A DNA stretch of 64,000 nucleotides from Chitinivibrionales bacterium (GCA_035516255.1 DATJAL010000016.1:80629-144628); one strand, 5' to 3'. Positions 9,072 through 21,467 are shown, numbered from the stretch's first letter. The notes: generated by a model not told the origin, from the letters alone. Made by a program: numbers and translations.

Positions 9072-10760
9072 GTGAAACGAATTGCGATCATCCTTTCAAT
9101 GCTCGGGGTTTGTGCAACGGCCGTACTTTCCCAGAACATCGCCACGCCGGTCTTCGTCCTTAAAGACGGCGATGCATCGGCCGCGAGCTATACCGGTACC
9201 GACAAGTCAATCTATGTTGACGGCGGTGCATTGCAGACCGTGGGATGGGTCACGTTCCAGACCCAGGGCGTCGACGTATCGAAGATCGCGTCGGCGAAAT
9301 TGGTGCTGTATGTGAACGCGCTGTCCAGTCCCGGAACGCTGCAGGCACTGCTCTTGACCGCCGACATCACCGCGCCGGAAAATAATGTCAGGCTTTCGGA
9401 CATTCAAACCCAAACGACGCCGGCGGCGACCCAGGTACTTGGAACGGCTGACGTCGAAAAAGTCGTGCAGCTCGACCTGACCGCTGCGCTGAAGAGCGGG
9501 ACATTCAAAGGAGTGGCGCTCTCATCGGATGACGGACTCGTGGCCTCGTTCGATTCAAAGGAAGGCCATCTTGCACCGGTATTGCTCCTGACCAACAATG
9601 TCAATGATGTTGCCGCGGCATGGATGAACGGATCTACCCCGCCTACGTCCGGGGCTGGCAATGACGGCGATTATTATTTGAATACCTCAACAGGCGATGT
9701 AAGTTCAAAGTCCGCAGGGGCCTGGACCGTGGTCATGAACATCATCGGACCGACCGGTGCAATGGGCAGCCAAGGCACCACAGGCCCTCAAGGAATCCAG
9801 GGGCCTCAGGGTGCAACGGGAGACCCCGGCCCGATCGGCCTTGCCGGACCTACCGGTCCTCAGGGACCGATTGGGTTGACGGGTGCGACGGGTTCTGCAG
9901 GCCCTCAGGGACCGCAGGGATTGACCGGCCCGATTGGCCCGCAGGGACCAAAGGGTGACACCGGCGTCGCTGGTCCGCAGGGACCAAAAGGCGACAAGGG
10001 TGATTCTGGCGCCATTGGGCCTCAAGGTCCGATTGGATTTACGGGGGCCACCGGGGCGCAGGGACCGATCGGGTTGACAGGTGCAACCGGACCATCCGGA
10101 GCCACGGGGCCGATTGGGCCGGCTGGACCCCAAGGCCCTGTTGGTTTGACCGGCGCCGTCGGACCAGCCGGTCCCGCGGGCCCCCAAGGGCCCATCGGCT
10201 TGACTGGCGCGACGGGCGCAACAGGAGCTACCGGGCCGGCAGGGCCGGCCGGTTCCACGGGACCCCAAGGGCCGATCGGCTTGACTGGCGCAACTGGACC
10301 TGCAGGCGCCACTGGTCCGCAGGGACCGATCGGGTTGACAGGAGCGACTGGAGCCACAGGGCCTGCCGGGCCGCAGGGCCCTCAAGGGCCGCAAGGCAAT
10401 GCCACTTATTGCTTCGGTATCACCATCGACAACGGCGGAACCCCCATCACCCTGGGGACGAAATCCGGCGCCAATCCCACCATGCCGTTCACCGGCACCA
10501 TTGTCGGTTGGACGATTGTGTCGGACGTGAGCGGCTCAATCGTCATTGACATTACGCGCGCCGCGGGCGCCATGCCGGTCAACAGCATCTGCGGGACGGG
10601 CACCAAGCCCACGCTTTCCAACGCGCAGTACTCAAGCGGCAACACCTTTACAAATTGGACCAGCACGGCGATCAACCAAGGCGATGTGATCGGTTTCAAG
10701 GTGAACTCGGTAACTTCGGTGACGCGCGTGACGCTAACGGTGAGGTGCACGGTACCATGA
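9072..10760 (+). CDS. Secreted collagen-like triple-helix repeat protein
   Basis: Signal peptide, then an N-terminal ~220-aa globular region, then an uninterrupted GXY tract, then a ~120-aa C-terminal beta-rich domain. GTG start with RBS GGGAGG. Confidence 0.85.
   Translation: MKRIAIILSMLGVCATAVLSQNIATPVFVLKDGDASAASYTGTDKSIYVDGGALQTVGWVTFQTQGVDVSKIASAKLVLYVNALSSPGTLQALLLTADITAPENNVRLSDIQTQTTPAATQVLGTADVEKVVQLDLTAALKSGTFKGVALSSDDGLVASFDSKEGHLAPVLLLTNNVNDVAAAWMNGSTPPTSGAGNDGDYYLNTSTGDVSSKSAGAWTVVMNIIGPTGAMGSQGTTGPQGIQGPQGATGDPGPIGLAGPTGPQGPIGLTGATGSAGPQGPQGLTGPIGPQGPKGDTGVAGPQGPKGDKGDSGAIGPQGPIGFTGATGAQGPIGLTGATGPSGATGPIGPAGPQGPVGLTGAVGPAGPAGPQGPIGLTGATGATGATGPAGPAGSTGPQGPIGLTGATGPAGATGPQGPIGLTGATGATGPAGPQGPQGPQGNATYCFGITIDNGGTPITLGTKSGANPTMPFTGTIVGWTIVSDVSGSIVIDITRAAGAMPVNSICGTGTKPTLSNAQYSSGNTFTNWTSTAINQGDVIGFKVNSVTSVTRVTLTVRCTVP
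9747..10397 (+). repeat. Collagen GXY coding repeat (about 72 triplets)
   Basis: Continuous Gly-X-Y periodicity ([22 protein letters not shown]...[12 protein letters not shown]), with recurring [10 protein letters not shown] units. Confidence 0.9.
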
Positions 10761-12025
10761 ATACTTTCATGTTCCGCATAGTGCTGTTCGTTGCGGTTCT
10801 GCTTTCCGTGGCATCATCGGCATGTGCCGTGGGATGGGTATCTCCCACCGGATACCTTGACGAGGAGGGCGGCCAGTGGACAAATTTGCAGAATGCCTAC
10901 GACAACCCGGTGCAGCCCACGGTCAATTACGCCACCAATTCCCCGCGGCTGGGGTGGGCCGGCTGGGCCGATTTCAGCCTTCCGGCGCCGATCAACTGCG
11001 GCCGCGTGAGGGTGGACTGCGATTTCGGTTATTCGCATGTCGACTCGGTCCAGGTTGATGTATGGAATTCCGATTTGTCGTCATGGCAAAATATTTTTGG
11101 CGGCACGGTCACTGATGGACAATATACCGAACTGACGTTTTCCCCGCGCAATGTTTCAAAAATGCGTTTCAGGTATCATTATATTAACGCGAGCTGGCAG
11201 TTCTGGCTTTACGAAGTGGGATTGTATCAATCCGCTTCCCAAATTGTCGCGCCGACCGTTGTTACCCTTGACGCAACGTCGGTTGACACGGCCTCGGCCG
11301 ACATACACGGCCTGATCAACGATGAGGGCGGCGAACCGTGCCAAACATGGCTGGAGTATGGTCCGACAACTGCCTACGGATCGACCACGGCAATCCAAAC
11401 CGGTGGCCTCACCGGCCAGACTTTCGGTGCTTTTTTAGGCGGCCTTTCCGGAACATATCACTTCCGCGCGGCGGCGAGCAACAGCGCGGGCACGAGCTAC
11501 GGCAATGACCTTGCTTTTACCGTGAGCTCCGTGCCTCTCACCGGATGGGTCAGCCCCACAGGTTCTTTTACCGATTCCACCCCACCCACACCGAACTCAG
11601 GGGGATGGACCAATATGCCTGCCGCATATGATGACGAGGGATTGACAGGCACAAACCTCACCCACACCATTAACGATGCATCGCCGGGCCCTTATTTATA
11701 CCTGACGACCAAAAAGTTATATGCGGATAAAATCCGTTTCATGGCCAAGAAAACGGCCGAGATCACCTCGGTTGACATTTGGCTTCTTATAAGGGGTACA
11801 TGGACCAATGTCTTTCCTTCGGGCACTTTCAATGATGCCGCGGGCGGAACCGTGTGGAACGAGGTTGCGTTTTCGGCTGATTCGGTTTCGCAGGCCAGGA
11901 TCAGGTTCAACGTCCCTACCAATTACGGGCTGCTCCTGACCGTCTATGAATTTGATTTCCACACTGTCGGCATTGAACATTGTGCGGCGTTTGTCGACGG
12001 CGCGTTTGTGGGGGCAACTAAATAA
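10757..12025 (+). CDS. Secreted protein with two paralogous GWVSPTG-initiated domains flanking an Fn3-like module
   Basis: The ATG at 10757 overlaps the upstream stop (ATGA). A signal peptide is present ([24 protein letters not shown]). There is an internal duplication ([18 protein letters not shown].. / [16 protein letters not shown]..). The central segment [11 protein letters not shown]...[16 protein letters not shown] is Fn3-like. Confidence 0.6.
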   Translation: MNTFMFRIVLFVAVLLSVASSACAVGWVSPTGYLDEEGGQWTNLQNAYDNPVQPTVNYATNSPRLGWAGWADFSLPAPINCGRVRVDCDFGYSHVDSVQVDVWNSDLSSWQNIFGGTVTDGQYTELTFSPRNVSKMRFRYHYINASWQFWLYEVGLYQSASQIVAPTVVTLDATSVDTASADIHGLINDEGGEPCQTWLEYGPTTAYGSTTAIQTGGLTGQTFGAFLGGLSGTYHFRAAASNSAGTSYGNDLAFTVSSVPLTGWVSPTGSFTDSTPPTPNSGGWTNMPAAYDDEGLTGTNLTHTINDASPGPYLYLTTKKLYADKIRFMAKKTAEITSVDIWLLIRGTWTNVFPSGTFNDAAGGTVWNEVAFSADSVSQARIRFNVPTNYGLLLTVYEFDFHTVGIEHCAAFVDGAFVGATK

Positions 12026-12229
12026 CCGCGGGCTGAGAAGCATCACGAAAAAGATAAAAATTAAATGATGAGCTAAAAAAATCCTTGCGTTTAAAAAGGC
12101 TGTTTGAATGACGGCCTTTTTTATTTCAAACCAGCGCCAATAGAGAGCGCGTTCGGCCGTTGAAACTATTGCAATATCGGAGAGGAATTTTCCAGGGTGC
12201 GGGAAGAAGAAACCAGCCCCGCAATTGAA

Positions 12230-13021
12230 TCAATCCATTGGCGCGAGGGGAAGACGGCCGAAAATACGCGGGTCTATTTCCACCCTGTTTGCAAGGTAGT
12301 ATTCGAAGACTTTTTTATACGCAATTGAGTCCAGGAGCGCCTCGCCGCTCTTGTTGGAATCAAAATTTTTAATTAGGTCTTTTTCGTTAAAAGAATTTTC
12401 AATGTGCCTGAACAAACCGGAAAAAACGTGAAACACGCAAAGCGCCTGTTTCGGCTTGAGGGTCATCTGCCCTTTGCTTTCCTTGCGCAGCTTGACTTCG
12501 AAAATGTCAACCTCCTTCGCCCAGTCCCTCACATTGAGCGGACTTGATGTCTCAAGCGCGTCCACGCTCCTGCTCAAAACGTTTTCGTCGTCCTTCTCGT
12601 AGCCGGGATAGATCATGTTGATGAGCGCGTATTTATTGAGGCTTGACACAAGCCTGGTGTTGAACATTTCTGAAGCCTTCTTCACGAACGCCTTGGCGCC
12701 CCTGTTTTTACATTCAAAGGATTTTTCCGTGTCCGCGGTGGCCGAAATGATGATGAACGGGATGGTCTTGCCGAAGCGGTCGAGAAGATGGAACTCGTTG
12801 CGCTCCACGTCGTTCACCCCGAGGTCGAAAAGGCAGGCGTGGAAGCGTTTTGGAAACTGCTCGATCGTCTCGAGCGCCTTTTTTGTGCTTTCGGCGATCT
12901 GGACGGAGTAAATGCCGAATTCGCTCAGCACGCGCTCGAGCATCGTGAGTATCACGGGCTCGTCGTCCACCACAAGCACATTAACGGTTTTTTCAAGAAC
13001 GGAAAACGGATTTGGGATCAT
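12230..13021 (-). CDS. Atypical response regulator (CheY-like receiver plus an uncharacterised C-terminal domain)
   Basis: Receiver hallmarks: VLVVDDE, phospho-acceptor context ACLFDLG, IIISAT and GAKAFVKK. The ATG at 13021 is preferred over the TTG at 13054. The C-terminal ~140 aa has a possible HTH-like segment (VRDWAKEV...). Confidence 0.7.
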   Translation of the reverse strand: MIPNPFSVLEKTVNVLVVDDEPVILTMLERVLSEFGIYSVQIAESTKKALETIEQFPKRFHACLFDLGVNDVERNEFHLLDRFGKTIPFIIISATADTEKSFECKNRGAKAFVKKASEMFNTRLVSSLNKYALINMIYPGYEKDDENVLSRSVDALETSSPLNVRDWAKEVDIFEVKLRKESKGQMTLKPKQALCVFHVFSGLFRHIENSFNEKDLIKNFDSNKSGEALLDSIAYKKVFEYYLANRVEIDPRIFGRLPLAPMD

Positions 13022-13271
13022 CGCCACGAACGTCCCCTGGAATTTGATCTGCAACCGCGATCGTGATCGATCTATATCTAATATTAATTATACGAACTTG
13101 GTAGCGCAATGTCAATTCATCAGACAATATTGCAACAGTAAATAAGCGCGTAGGCTGAATGATAAGAAAGCTTTAAGGGTTCAAACCCGAAATTCCATTT
13201 ATTATATAAAAATCGATTATATTTGATAAAATCAATGCTTATATGTTAATATAAATTGATAGAAAATCAGC

Positions 13272-15028
<1,757 letters not shown>

Positions 15029-15032
<4 letters not shown>

Positions 15033-17122
15033 TCCGCAGTACCCATGCATGTATTCTGGCTGTGCTGGCGCTTATAATGTTCGGGAGTTCTCCCGCCTTG
15101 GCACAGCGGCAGAAGTCCGCTCCGGCGGTCAAGCCCGCGGCGGAGCAGAAACCCGTCGACCCGGAACAGCAGATCATGTCTCCGCTTGATGTGAAGGACG
15201 CCGACATCCAGGACGTGGTCCGCACCATCTCGAAGGGCTACAACCTCAACATCATCCTCGACAAGGATGTGGCCGGCAAGGTCACGGTGCACCTGTCGGA
15301 CGTGCCGGTCATCGAGGGCCTGCGCACCCTGGCAAAGTCCATCGGCCTCGAGGTGGTGAAGGAGGGCAGCGTGTACCGGATCCGCAAGACCACCGAAGAG
15401 CTGCGCTCCGTGATCAGCTATGCGCGCGGGAAGCTCACCGTTGACGTGCAGAACATGGACGTGAAGGAGTTCCTCAAGGACATCAGCGCAAAGACCGCGA
15501 TCTCCATCGTGCCCGACGCCAAGGTGGACGCCAAGATCACGGGCAAGCTCTACCAGGTTGACCTCGACGACGGCCTGCGCGCGCTTCTCGAAGGCAGCGG
15601 ACTCAAGCTTGTCAAGCGGCGGAACATCTACCAGGTATTCTCGGCCGAGGGCGGCGGCAGCCAGCCTTCCGCCGGCATGACGCCCCCCTTCCCGGGGGGA
15701 GGCCCGCGCGGCGGCCGCGGCGGCGCCACCTCGTTCGTCGTCGACTATTCGAACGGAAAAATCTCGCTCGATGTGACCAATGGCAACCTGCAGGACGTGA
15801 TCAAGGCGATCTCGGAGCAGAGCGACATGCAGATCATCACGTACGGCACCGTGAGCGGCGAGATCAACGCCAAGCTCAAGAATGTCCCGCTCACCGAGGC
15901 GCTCGCCCTGCTTCTGGGCGGCACCATGTTCACGTTTGTCCAGAAGGACTCGATCATCCTGATCGGCGACCGCAATGCGGCCACGCCCTCGGGGCAGGCC
16001 CTTTCCAAATCGGAACTCATCCACCTCAACTGCATCAAGGCCGACGGCGTGATGCAGATTTTGCCCAAGGACATCCCGCCCAACAACGTGAAGGTGATCA
16101 AGGAGCAGAACGCGCTCCTCGTGTCCGGGACATCGGAGGACATCGTGAGCGTGCGCGAATTCATCAACACCATCGACATCCCCACCCCGCAGGTGGGCAT
16201 CAACGCGGTGATCGTCGAGTACAATGAAAACCTGAGCAAGGAATTCGGCGTCAATGCCTGGTGGCACCGGAAGGACACCCAGGGCCAATCGTACCGCAAT
16301 TCACCCAGTTTCCAGACACCGTACGACAGCGCCGCTTCATCGTTTGATCTGGGCACGAGCGGCTCGGTCATTAAAAGTTTTCTCTTCGGCGCGAGCCAGG
16401 TGCCGTCCATCATTTCGGCGCTCCCCGACGACTTTTTCTTCATTCTGCATATGCTCGAATCGCAGGACCAGGCAAAGGTGCTTGCGCAGCCCTCGGTGGT
16501 CACGCTCAACGGAAACAAGGCGTCGATCAACGTCTCCCAGACGCAGTATTTTAAAATGACGACGGGCAGCGTCGCCGGCACCGATTACACCATACGGTTC
16601 CAACCCATCCAGTTCGGCATCACCCTCGACATCACGCCGTGGATATCCATGGGCGGCCAGATAACCGCCGAGATCTCTCCCGACGTCGAGAGCTCCGAAG
16701 GCATCAACAAGGACGGTTACCCGAACATTTCGAGCAGGAAAATCACCACCACGGTCCGGCTCAAGGACGGCGAGACCATCGTCCTGGGAGGGCTCATCAA
16801 AAGCCAGGAAAGCGAGGTACAGGAAAAAATACCGTTCCTCGGCGATCTCCCGCTTATCGGGCCGCTGTTCAGGACAACGACAAAGGTGCGCAACAAGTCA
16901 AATCTCGTGGTGTACATAACGCCGCACATCCTCACCAAGGCCAGCGCCGTTGATCTAAAGGAGGAATTGAAAAACCTTGACAAAAGCAGCAAGGATTTCA
17001 TGGACAAAAAAATCGAGGACAGCATCAACAAGAATTCCGAATCGAAAAAACCCGATTCCGCATCGGGTTTAAACGGGGCTCGCCGGCCGGTGGTCCGCGA
17101 TACCGTCAAGGCGCCCCAATAA
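15029..17122 (+). CDS. Secretin (PilQ/GspD family) with three N0-like repeats
   Basis: ATGA overlap with the ATPase gene and a signal peptide. There are three ~70-aa repeats (e.g. LDVKDADIQDVVRTISKGYNLNIILD...). The secretin core ends in LGDLPLIG..F......NLVVYITPHIL. Confidence 0.85.
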
Positions 17123-17142
17123 CAAAAACGGAAATCGCAGCG

Positions 17143-18387
17143 ATGTTCCACCTCCACGGCATCATTGCCACCGACGAAGGTTCGTTTCTCATGGCGAGCC
17201 TTGAAAAAACCCCGCAGGGCTGGGTCGCGAAACGCCTGCGCCGGTGGAACGCGGGCAACGCCCTTGGCGCTCTGCTGCTGCTGCACCGCGGCGTGGTTGG
17301 CGCGGCGCCCTCGCATTGGAGACCGGACGTTCCGTCTTCCGTTTCCGCAAGCTCCCTCGTTACCTCGCAAACGGGCGGCCCCCTGGCGCCGCAGGCGGGC
17401 GAGGCGATCATCACCAATTATACAAGCCGCCTCTCGCACAACCTGCTTGCCGTTGTCCCGGCCGACGCCTTCCTGTGCACCCTGCCGCTCGCCCTCGTCC
17501 CGGATATTGAGCGGTCGTTTATTTCTGTCTATCAAGAGGCGTCGTTTTACAAAATAGGAATCATCGTCGACGGCGGTCTCGCCGGGGTTTTTGCCATGGC
17601 CCCGGCCGCGCCGCAGGCGCTTGCCGCTCACCTTGCAAGGATCGAGCGGTACTGGGCGCGCATCGCGGCCGCCGCACCGTTTCCCAACCGGGTGTATCTT
17701 CTCGGTTCCTGCGAGGCGCCGGCGGAATTTCCCGCGACCCGGCTCGACTGCTCCGGCTTGGGAATTGACCTGTCTGACCCGGACGCGCTCGCAGCGGCCG
17801 GCGCAGCGCTTTCGGGCCGGTTCGGGAGCGTGCCGCGATTTTCGGCCGATACGGCGCCGGCCTCGTTGAGAAAGCTGCGCACCGCCCTGTACGCGGTTTC
17901 GGCAGGCATGGTGCTTTGTTGCCTGCTCGCGTGCGCCGCGCTCCCCATGCTCGCCGCCGCAACACACGGAAGGCTCGCCTCGTATAAAAAGCAATATCAG
18001 GCCATATTGGCAAACAACCCCGACCTCAAGGTGCTCATGGGCAAAAACGATTCCCTTGCCCGGCTCCTTATTTCGGCGCACGACGAAACTCTCAACCGGA
18101 CGCGCTGGTCCCAGATGCTGCAGACGCTCGGTGCCCTGCGTCCCGACGGAATGTTTCTGGAAATGCTCGGCAGCGAGGGCTCCCCCGCGTCGGGCACGGT
18201 GCGCGTTGCGTTGTCGGGGTGGGTGCACAGCGAATCACAAGTGACGGGGTTCATCGCGTCTTTGCAGCAGAGCGGCCTGTATCCCAGCGTGACGCTTTCA
18301 TCGCTGGAGCGAAATGAATCGTCGAACCTTTTGAATTTTAGGATAACATGCAACCTCAATGTTTCCGCCGGCTTTCCGGCGAAATAA
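17143..18387 (+). CDS. PilN-like pilus alignment protein with a divergent (PilM-like?) N-terminal extension
   Basis: One TM helix (LYAVSAGMVLCCLLACAALPML) is followed by a PilN-like periplasmic region (VRVALSGWVHSESQVTGFIASLQQSG). The N-terminal ~240 aa are not confidently assignable. Confidence 0.45.
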   Translation: MFHLHGIIATDEGSFLMASLEKTPQGWVAKRLRRWNAGNALGALLLLHRGVVGAAPSHWRPDVPSSVSASSLVTSQTGGPLAPQAGEAIITNYTSRLSHNLLAVVPADAFLCTLPLALVPDIERSFISVYQEASFYKIGIIVDGGLAGVFAMAPAAPQALAAHLARIERYWARIAAAAPFPNRVYLLGSCEAPAEFPATRLDCSGLGIDLSDPDALAAAGAALSGRFGSVPRFSADTAPASLRKLRTALYAVSAGMVLCCLLACAALPMLAAATHGRLASYKKQYQAILANNPDLKVLMGKNDSLARLLISAHDETLNRTRWSQMLQTLGALRPDGMFLEMLGSEGSPASGTVRVALSGWVHSESQVTGFIASLQQSGLYPSVTLSSLERNESSNLLNFRITCNLNVSAGFPAK

Positions 18388-18902
18388 TACCGCTTGCGGT
18401 CTTCTCGGGCGCGGTTCTTCTGTCGCTGTGCGTCGCGCGCTACGCGCTTGCGCCGCTGTGGCAGGGATACCGCGCAGTCGCGGCAGAGGTCTCACATGTC
18501 AAGATGTTGGTGTCGGACAAGGACCGCTACGGCGCGATACGGGCGCGGCTCGTTGACAAACAGCAGCAGCTTTCCCACGGCTACGCAAGGCTGGCGCCGG
18601 GACAGGCCGGCCCCGCCGCCGCCGACCTCTCGGGCCTTTTGCAGCTTTTGATCGCAAAGGCCAAGGATGCCGACATACGGTTTGTAAAGATGCTTCCTCA
18701 GCAGGAAGCGCGGCGGCAGGGGCGCGCGGAATATCCGGTGGTCCTCGAAATGACCACGGCGTACCATTCCCTGGGACGCTTCGTTTCGTCGCTCGAGGAC
18801 CTGCCGCGGGTTTTCCGGGTGGAGCGTCTCGCGGTCACGGCGCAGAAAAACGGCCTCGACGTACGCGTCCTCGTCACCTGTTTCCTCGCGAAAACGGAGT
18901 AA
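18348..18902 (+). CDS. PilO-like pilus assembly protein
   Basis: N-terminal TM helix, a coiled-coil region, and a C-terminal segment YPVVLEMTTAYHSLGRFVSSLEDLPRVFRVERLAV typical of PilO. The start is uncertain because it overlaps the upstream gene by 40 nt. Confidence 0.5.
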   Translation: MQPQCFRRLSGEIIPLAVFSGAVLLSLCVARYALAPLWQGYRAVAAEVSHVKMLVSDKDRYGAIRARLVDKQQQLSHGYARLAPGQAGPAAADLSGLLQLLIAKAKDADIRFVKMLPQQEARRQGRAEYPVVLEMTTAYHSLGRFVSSLEDLPRVFRVERLAVTAQKNGLDVRVLVTCFLAKTE

Positions 18903-18906
18903 TGCG

Positions 18907-19398
18907 ATGGCCCTCAAGCGCCCAGTTTTTATCTTGCTTTGCGCCTGCATCATCGCGGCATGGGTCGTTGCGGCAAGGCTTGCTTTAGGCATCGGGGAGC
19001 ATTCGGGAACTCGGCACGCGAGCCCGGATCTCGAAAACGAAGCGGCCTTTTCGGCGTCGTTTGCGCTTGTGGAAAAGGCGCTTGGCCTCCCTCCCGCTCC
19101 CCCCGTCGTCCGTTACGGCGGCGGATTTGAAAGCCCCTTTAAAACCGTTTGGCAAGAACGCCAAGGCGACGAAACCGTGCATCACGCCGCCGCGGCGGCG
19201 TCGGCGCGACCCAGGCTTTCACTCAAGGGAATCCTTTACAAAAGCAACCCGCTCGCGATCCTCGAAGACGCCAACGGCAAGACCTCCATTCTCGGCGTGG
19301 GCGACACCCTGTCGGGCCAGAAGGTGACGGCAATCCAAAAAACTGCGGTGACGCTTCGCGACCGGCACGGCGCGTACGTTTTGACGGTAAAGGAATAA
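18907..19398 (+). CDS. PilP-like protein
   Basis: N-terminal anchor. The C-terminal beta-rich segment LKGILYKSNPLAILEDANGKTSILGVGDTLSGQKVTAIQKTAVTL resembles PilP/GspC HR domains. Confidence 0.4.
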   Translation: MALKRPVFILLCACIIAAWVVAARLALGIGEHSGTRHASPDLENEAAFSASFALVEKALGLPPAPPVVRYGGGFESPFKTVWQERQGDETVHHAAAAASARPRLSLKGILYKSNPLAILEDANGKTSILGVGDTLSGQKVTAIQKTAVTLRDRHGAYVLTVKE

Positions 19399-19403
19399 AA
19401 AAA

Positions 19404-19543
19404 GTCGCCACAAGCCACAGAGAAATAAAATTGAGCGGGAAGTTGAAGGGTGAAAATCCGAAGCAGCGCGGCCAGGCTATAAAACCTTGACATTCTTCAA
19501 TTTTCATCTAACTATATTTTTTATGTCCTTGTGTTTCTGCGTC
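19404..19543. repeat. Intergenic repeat, family K (CACAAG/CACAGAG arms plus a GTTGAAGG centre)
   Basis: GCCACAAGCCACAGAGAAA ... GGGAAGTTGAAGGGTGAAAAT ... TGTCCTTGTGTTTCTGCG. Related in composition and layout to 32855-32990, 34978-35063 and 48195-48275. Confidence 0.4.
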
Positions 19544-19564
19544 AACTCTTTTTAAAGGTGTTGC

Positions 19565-21034
19565 ATGAACATCCGTGGCAACGGCGGCGCCGTACTTCCC
19601 ACCGTGCTCATCTTCGCGGTGTTCGCCCTCATTGTCGCTTCGGTCTATACCGCCGGCCAGCTGACCATCGCAAAGCCCTCGCTGCGCGGTCCCGCGTCAC
19701 TGCAGGCGCTGTGCAACGCGCGTTCCGGCATCTGGAAGGGCCTCGAGCTCTTGTCAAAGAAGCCCTCCGACACCCTCGCAAAAATCAACACCCTCGATTC
19801 CCTGTTCAACAAGAAACTTTTCGGCAGGCCCACGGCCGCGATCGCCTCCGACTCCTTCTCCGGTCTCGTCCCCGACGACACCCCTTTGGCGGTGCAGCCT
19901 TTTTCCTCGGATTCGTTCGGCGACTGCGCCGTTTCGCTCACCTTTTTAACGTGCTACAAAGTCCTTGTGTCACAAGGCCGTTTCCGGGACATTATCAAGT
20001 CAGCAAAGGGATTACTCGGCGGCAGTATTTATCATTCGCCCGACTCGGTTTGTTTTCTCACGACCGGTTCGGCTCCTGAGGGTGGAGGAAGGATTGAGGG
20101 AACAACGGTTTTTCCCGCGCCTGAAGCGGCCCTCAAACCCGTTTCGGCGAGCAAGCCGCGCCCGGAACCGGTCAACAAAAAACAGTCCGCCGATCAATTG
20201 GCAACGGGTGAACTCGCTAAACTCGTGGCCTATTACCGCTCAAAGCTCGGCGCGAAACTTGACACCACGATTCCGGTCGCCCCCCTCCTGATACAGAACA
20301 GCGATCAGGCCGCCGGCATCCCCGAGGTGGTCAACGGCTCGCTCCTGATCAACGGCTCGTTCACCACCATTGCCTGGAAGGAAAAACGCCGCATATTTGT
20401 GCTGGGCGACGTGCAGATAACCGGGAAGGCCAGCATCGAGGACGTGGAGTTCGTGACGTCGGGGGAATTCAAATGCTTCGATGACGCCAGGCTTTTCAAT
20501 GTTTCGGTGTTCTGCCCCAAACGGCTCGTGATCGGCGACCGCGCTTCATTTTCGGGCACCGCGCTGACCCTGTCGTCCCTCCTCGTATATAAAAGCGGCA
20601 GGATCGAAAACAAAAGCATCATCGTTGCTTACGGCGAGAACAAGGGGCTTCCGGCCGCGCCGGCGAAGACACCCAGGCCCCAGTTGCCGGTATCTGTGTT
20701 CATTTCGCAGGACGCGAATGTTGACGCGGTAATTGTCGCGTGCGGAAATCCCGGCGGCATACAAACTGACAAAAACACGGTTGTCAAGGGAATCCTGTGG
20801 GCGCAGGGCGCGATATGCCATCAGGGAACGCTGTACGGCGTTCTTCGCGCGAACGAGCTCGTGGACCTGCCGACGCTGAAGGCGCGCGCAAAGACGTCCG
20901 GGTTGCCCGCGGCGCCCGCGGTACAGCCAAGGAATTCCATGAGCGGATCGATACGCAGGCTCCCCAACGTCACGGAGTATTTCATGCCGTTTTTCCTTGG
21001 CAGGCAGATCATTGCGCGATGGGAGGAGGGATAG
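19565..21034 (+). CDS. Large PilX_N-like pilus-associated protein with a beta-helix-like C-terminal region
   Basis: 489 aa. The N-terminal hydrophobic segment GGAVLPTVLIFAVFALIVAS lacks a G/FxxxE prepilin site. The C-terminal half has a repetitive short-strand pattern. The gene lies between the PilP-like gene and the pseudopilins. Confidence 0.45.
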   Translation: MNIRGNGGAVLPTVLIFAVFALIVASVYTAGQLTIAKPSLRGPASLQALCNARSGIWKGLELLSKKPSDTLAKINTLDSLFNKKLFGRPTAAIASDSFSGLVPDDTPLAVQPFSSDSFGDCAVSLTFLTCYKVLVSQGRFRDIIKSAKGLLGGSIYHSPDSVCFLTTGSAPEGGGRIEGTTVFPAPEAALKPVSASKPRPEPVNKKQSADQLATGELAKLVAYYRSKLGAKLDTTIPVAPLLIQNSDQAAGIPEVVNGSLLINGSFTTIAWKEKRRIFVLGDVQITGKASIEDVEFVTSGEFKCFDDARLFNVSVFCPKRLVIGDRASFSGTALTLSSLLVYKSGRIENKSIIVAYGENKGLPAAPAKTPRPQLPVSVFISQDANVDAVIVACGNPGGIQTDKNTVVKGILWAQGAICHQGTLYGVLRANELVDLPTLKARAKTSGLPAAPAVQPRNSMSGSIRRLPNVTEYFMPFFLGRQIIARWEEG

Positions 21035-21038
21035 CGCC

Positions 21039-21467
21039 ATGCTGCTGCCACGGATTTTCTTCAGCAGCCCGACCTCGGGCATGACCGTCATCGAGTCGCT
21101 CATCGCGGTTTTGATCCTCGGATTCACCACGACCGCGGTGATTGGGCTCATTGTGACCGGAGATAAAATCGCGGGCAGGCGCACCAACGTCGCCTGCGCC
21201 TCCATCATCGCGGCAAACGAGATGGAACGATTAAAAACCTTCGAGAGGTCGCCCGTGCTGCCCGGCGATACGGTCTATTCCGATACTGTCAATGGTCTCA
21301 CCTTTGCGGTAACGCGCACGCGCATCCGGAGGGATTCCCTGCCGGCCGATTCGGTCGTTGTATACCAGGAGTTCGCTGTTTCGGTGCGCCGCGCCCCGGA
21401 GCAGGGACCTTCGGTAACGTTCCGCTTGTTACAGGGATTTTCCAATGATAATGCGCCCTCGCCCTAG
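21039..21467 (+). CDS. Minor pseudopilin (prepilin-type N-terminal domain)
   Basis: The ATG at 21039 is in frame with ORF 20997. The N-terminus is SG/MTVIESLIAVLILGFTTTAVIG (G-x-T-x-I-E-hydrophobic). Confidence 0.6.
   Translation: MLLPRIFFSSPTSGMTVIESLIAVLILGFTTTAVIGLIVTGDKIAGRRTNVACASIIAANEMERLKTFERSPVLPGDTVYSDTVNGLTFAVTRTRIRRDSLPADSVVVYQEFAVSVRRAPEQGPSVTFRLLQGFSNDNAPSP

Noticed and set aside
9705-10394. Antisense and out-of-frame ORFs across the collagen GXY tract (9705..10394, 10022..10357, 10039..10221)
   Set aside because: They are a by-product of the GGN-CCN periodicity of the collagen-coding strand. Only the plus-strand frame has a signal peptide, an RBS and flanking globular domains.
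7681-12230. Genomic island integrated at tRNA-Ser (the lower-GC YD-repeat operon follows the tRNA)
   Set aside because: There is no integrase or recombinase gene. I could find no direct repeat of the tRNA 3' end (GGTTCGAGTCCCTCTTCCTCC) in 12026-12230. Only the first gene has clearly lower GC.
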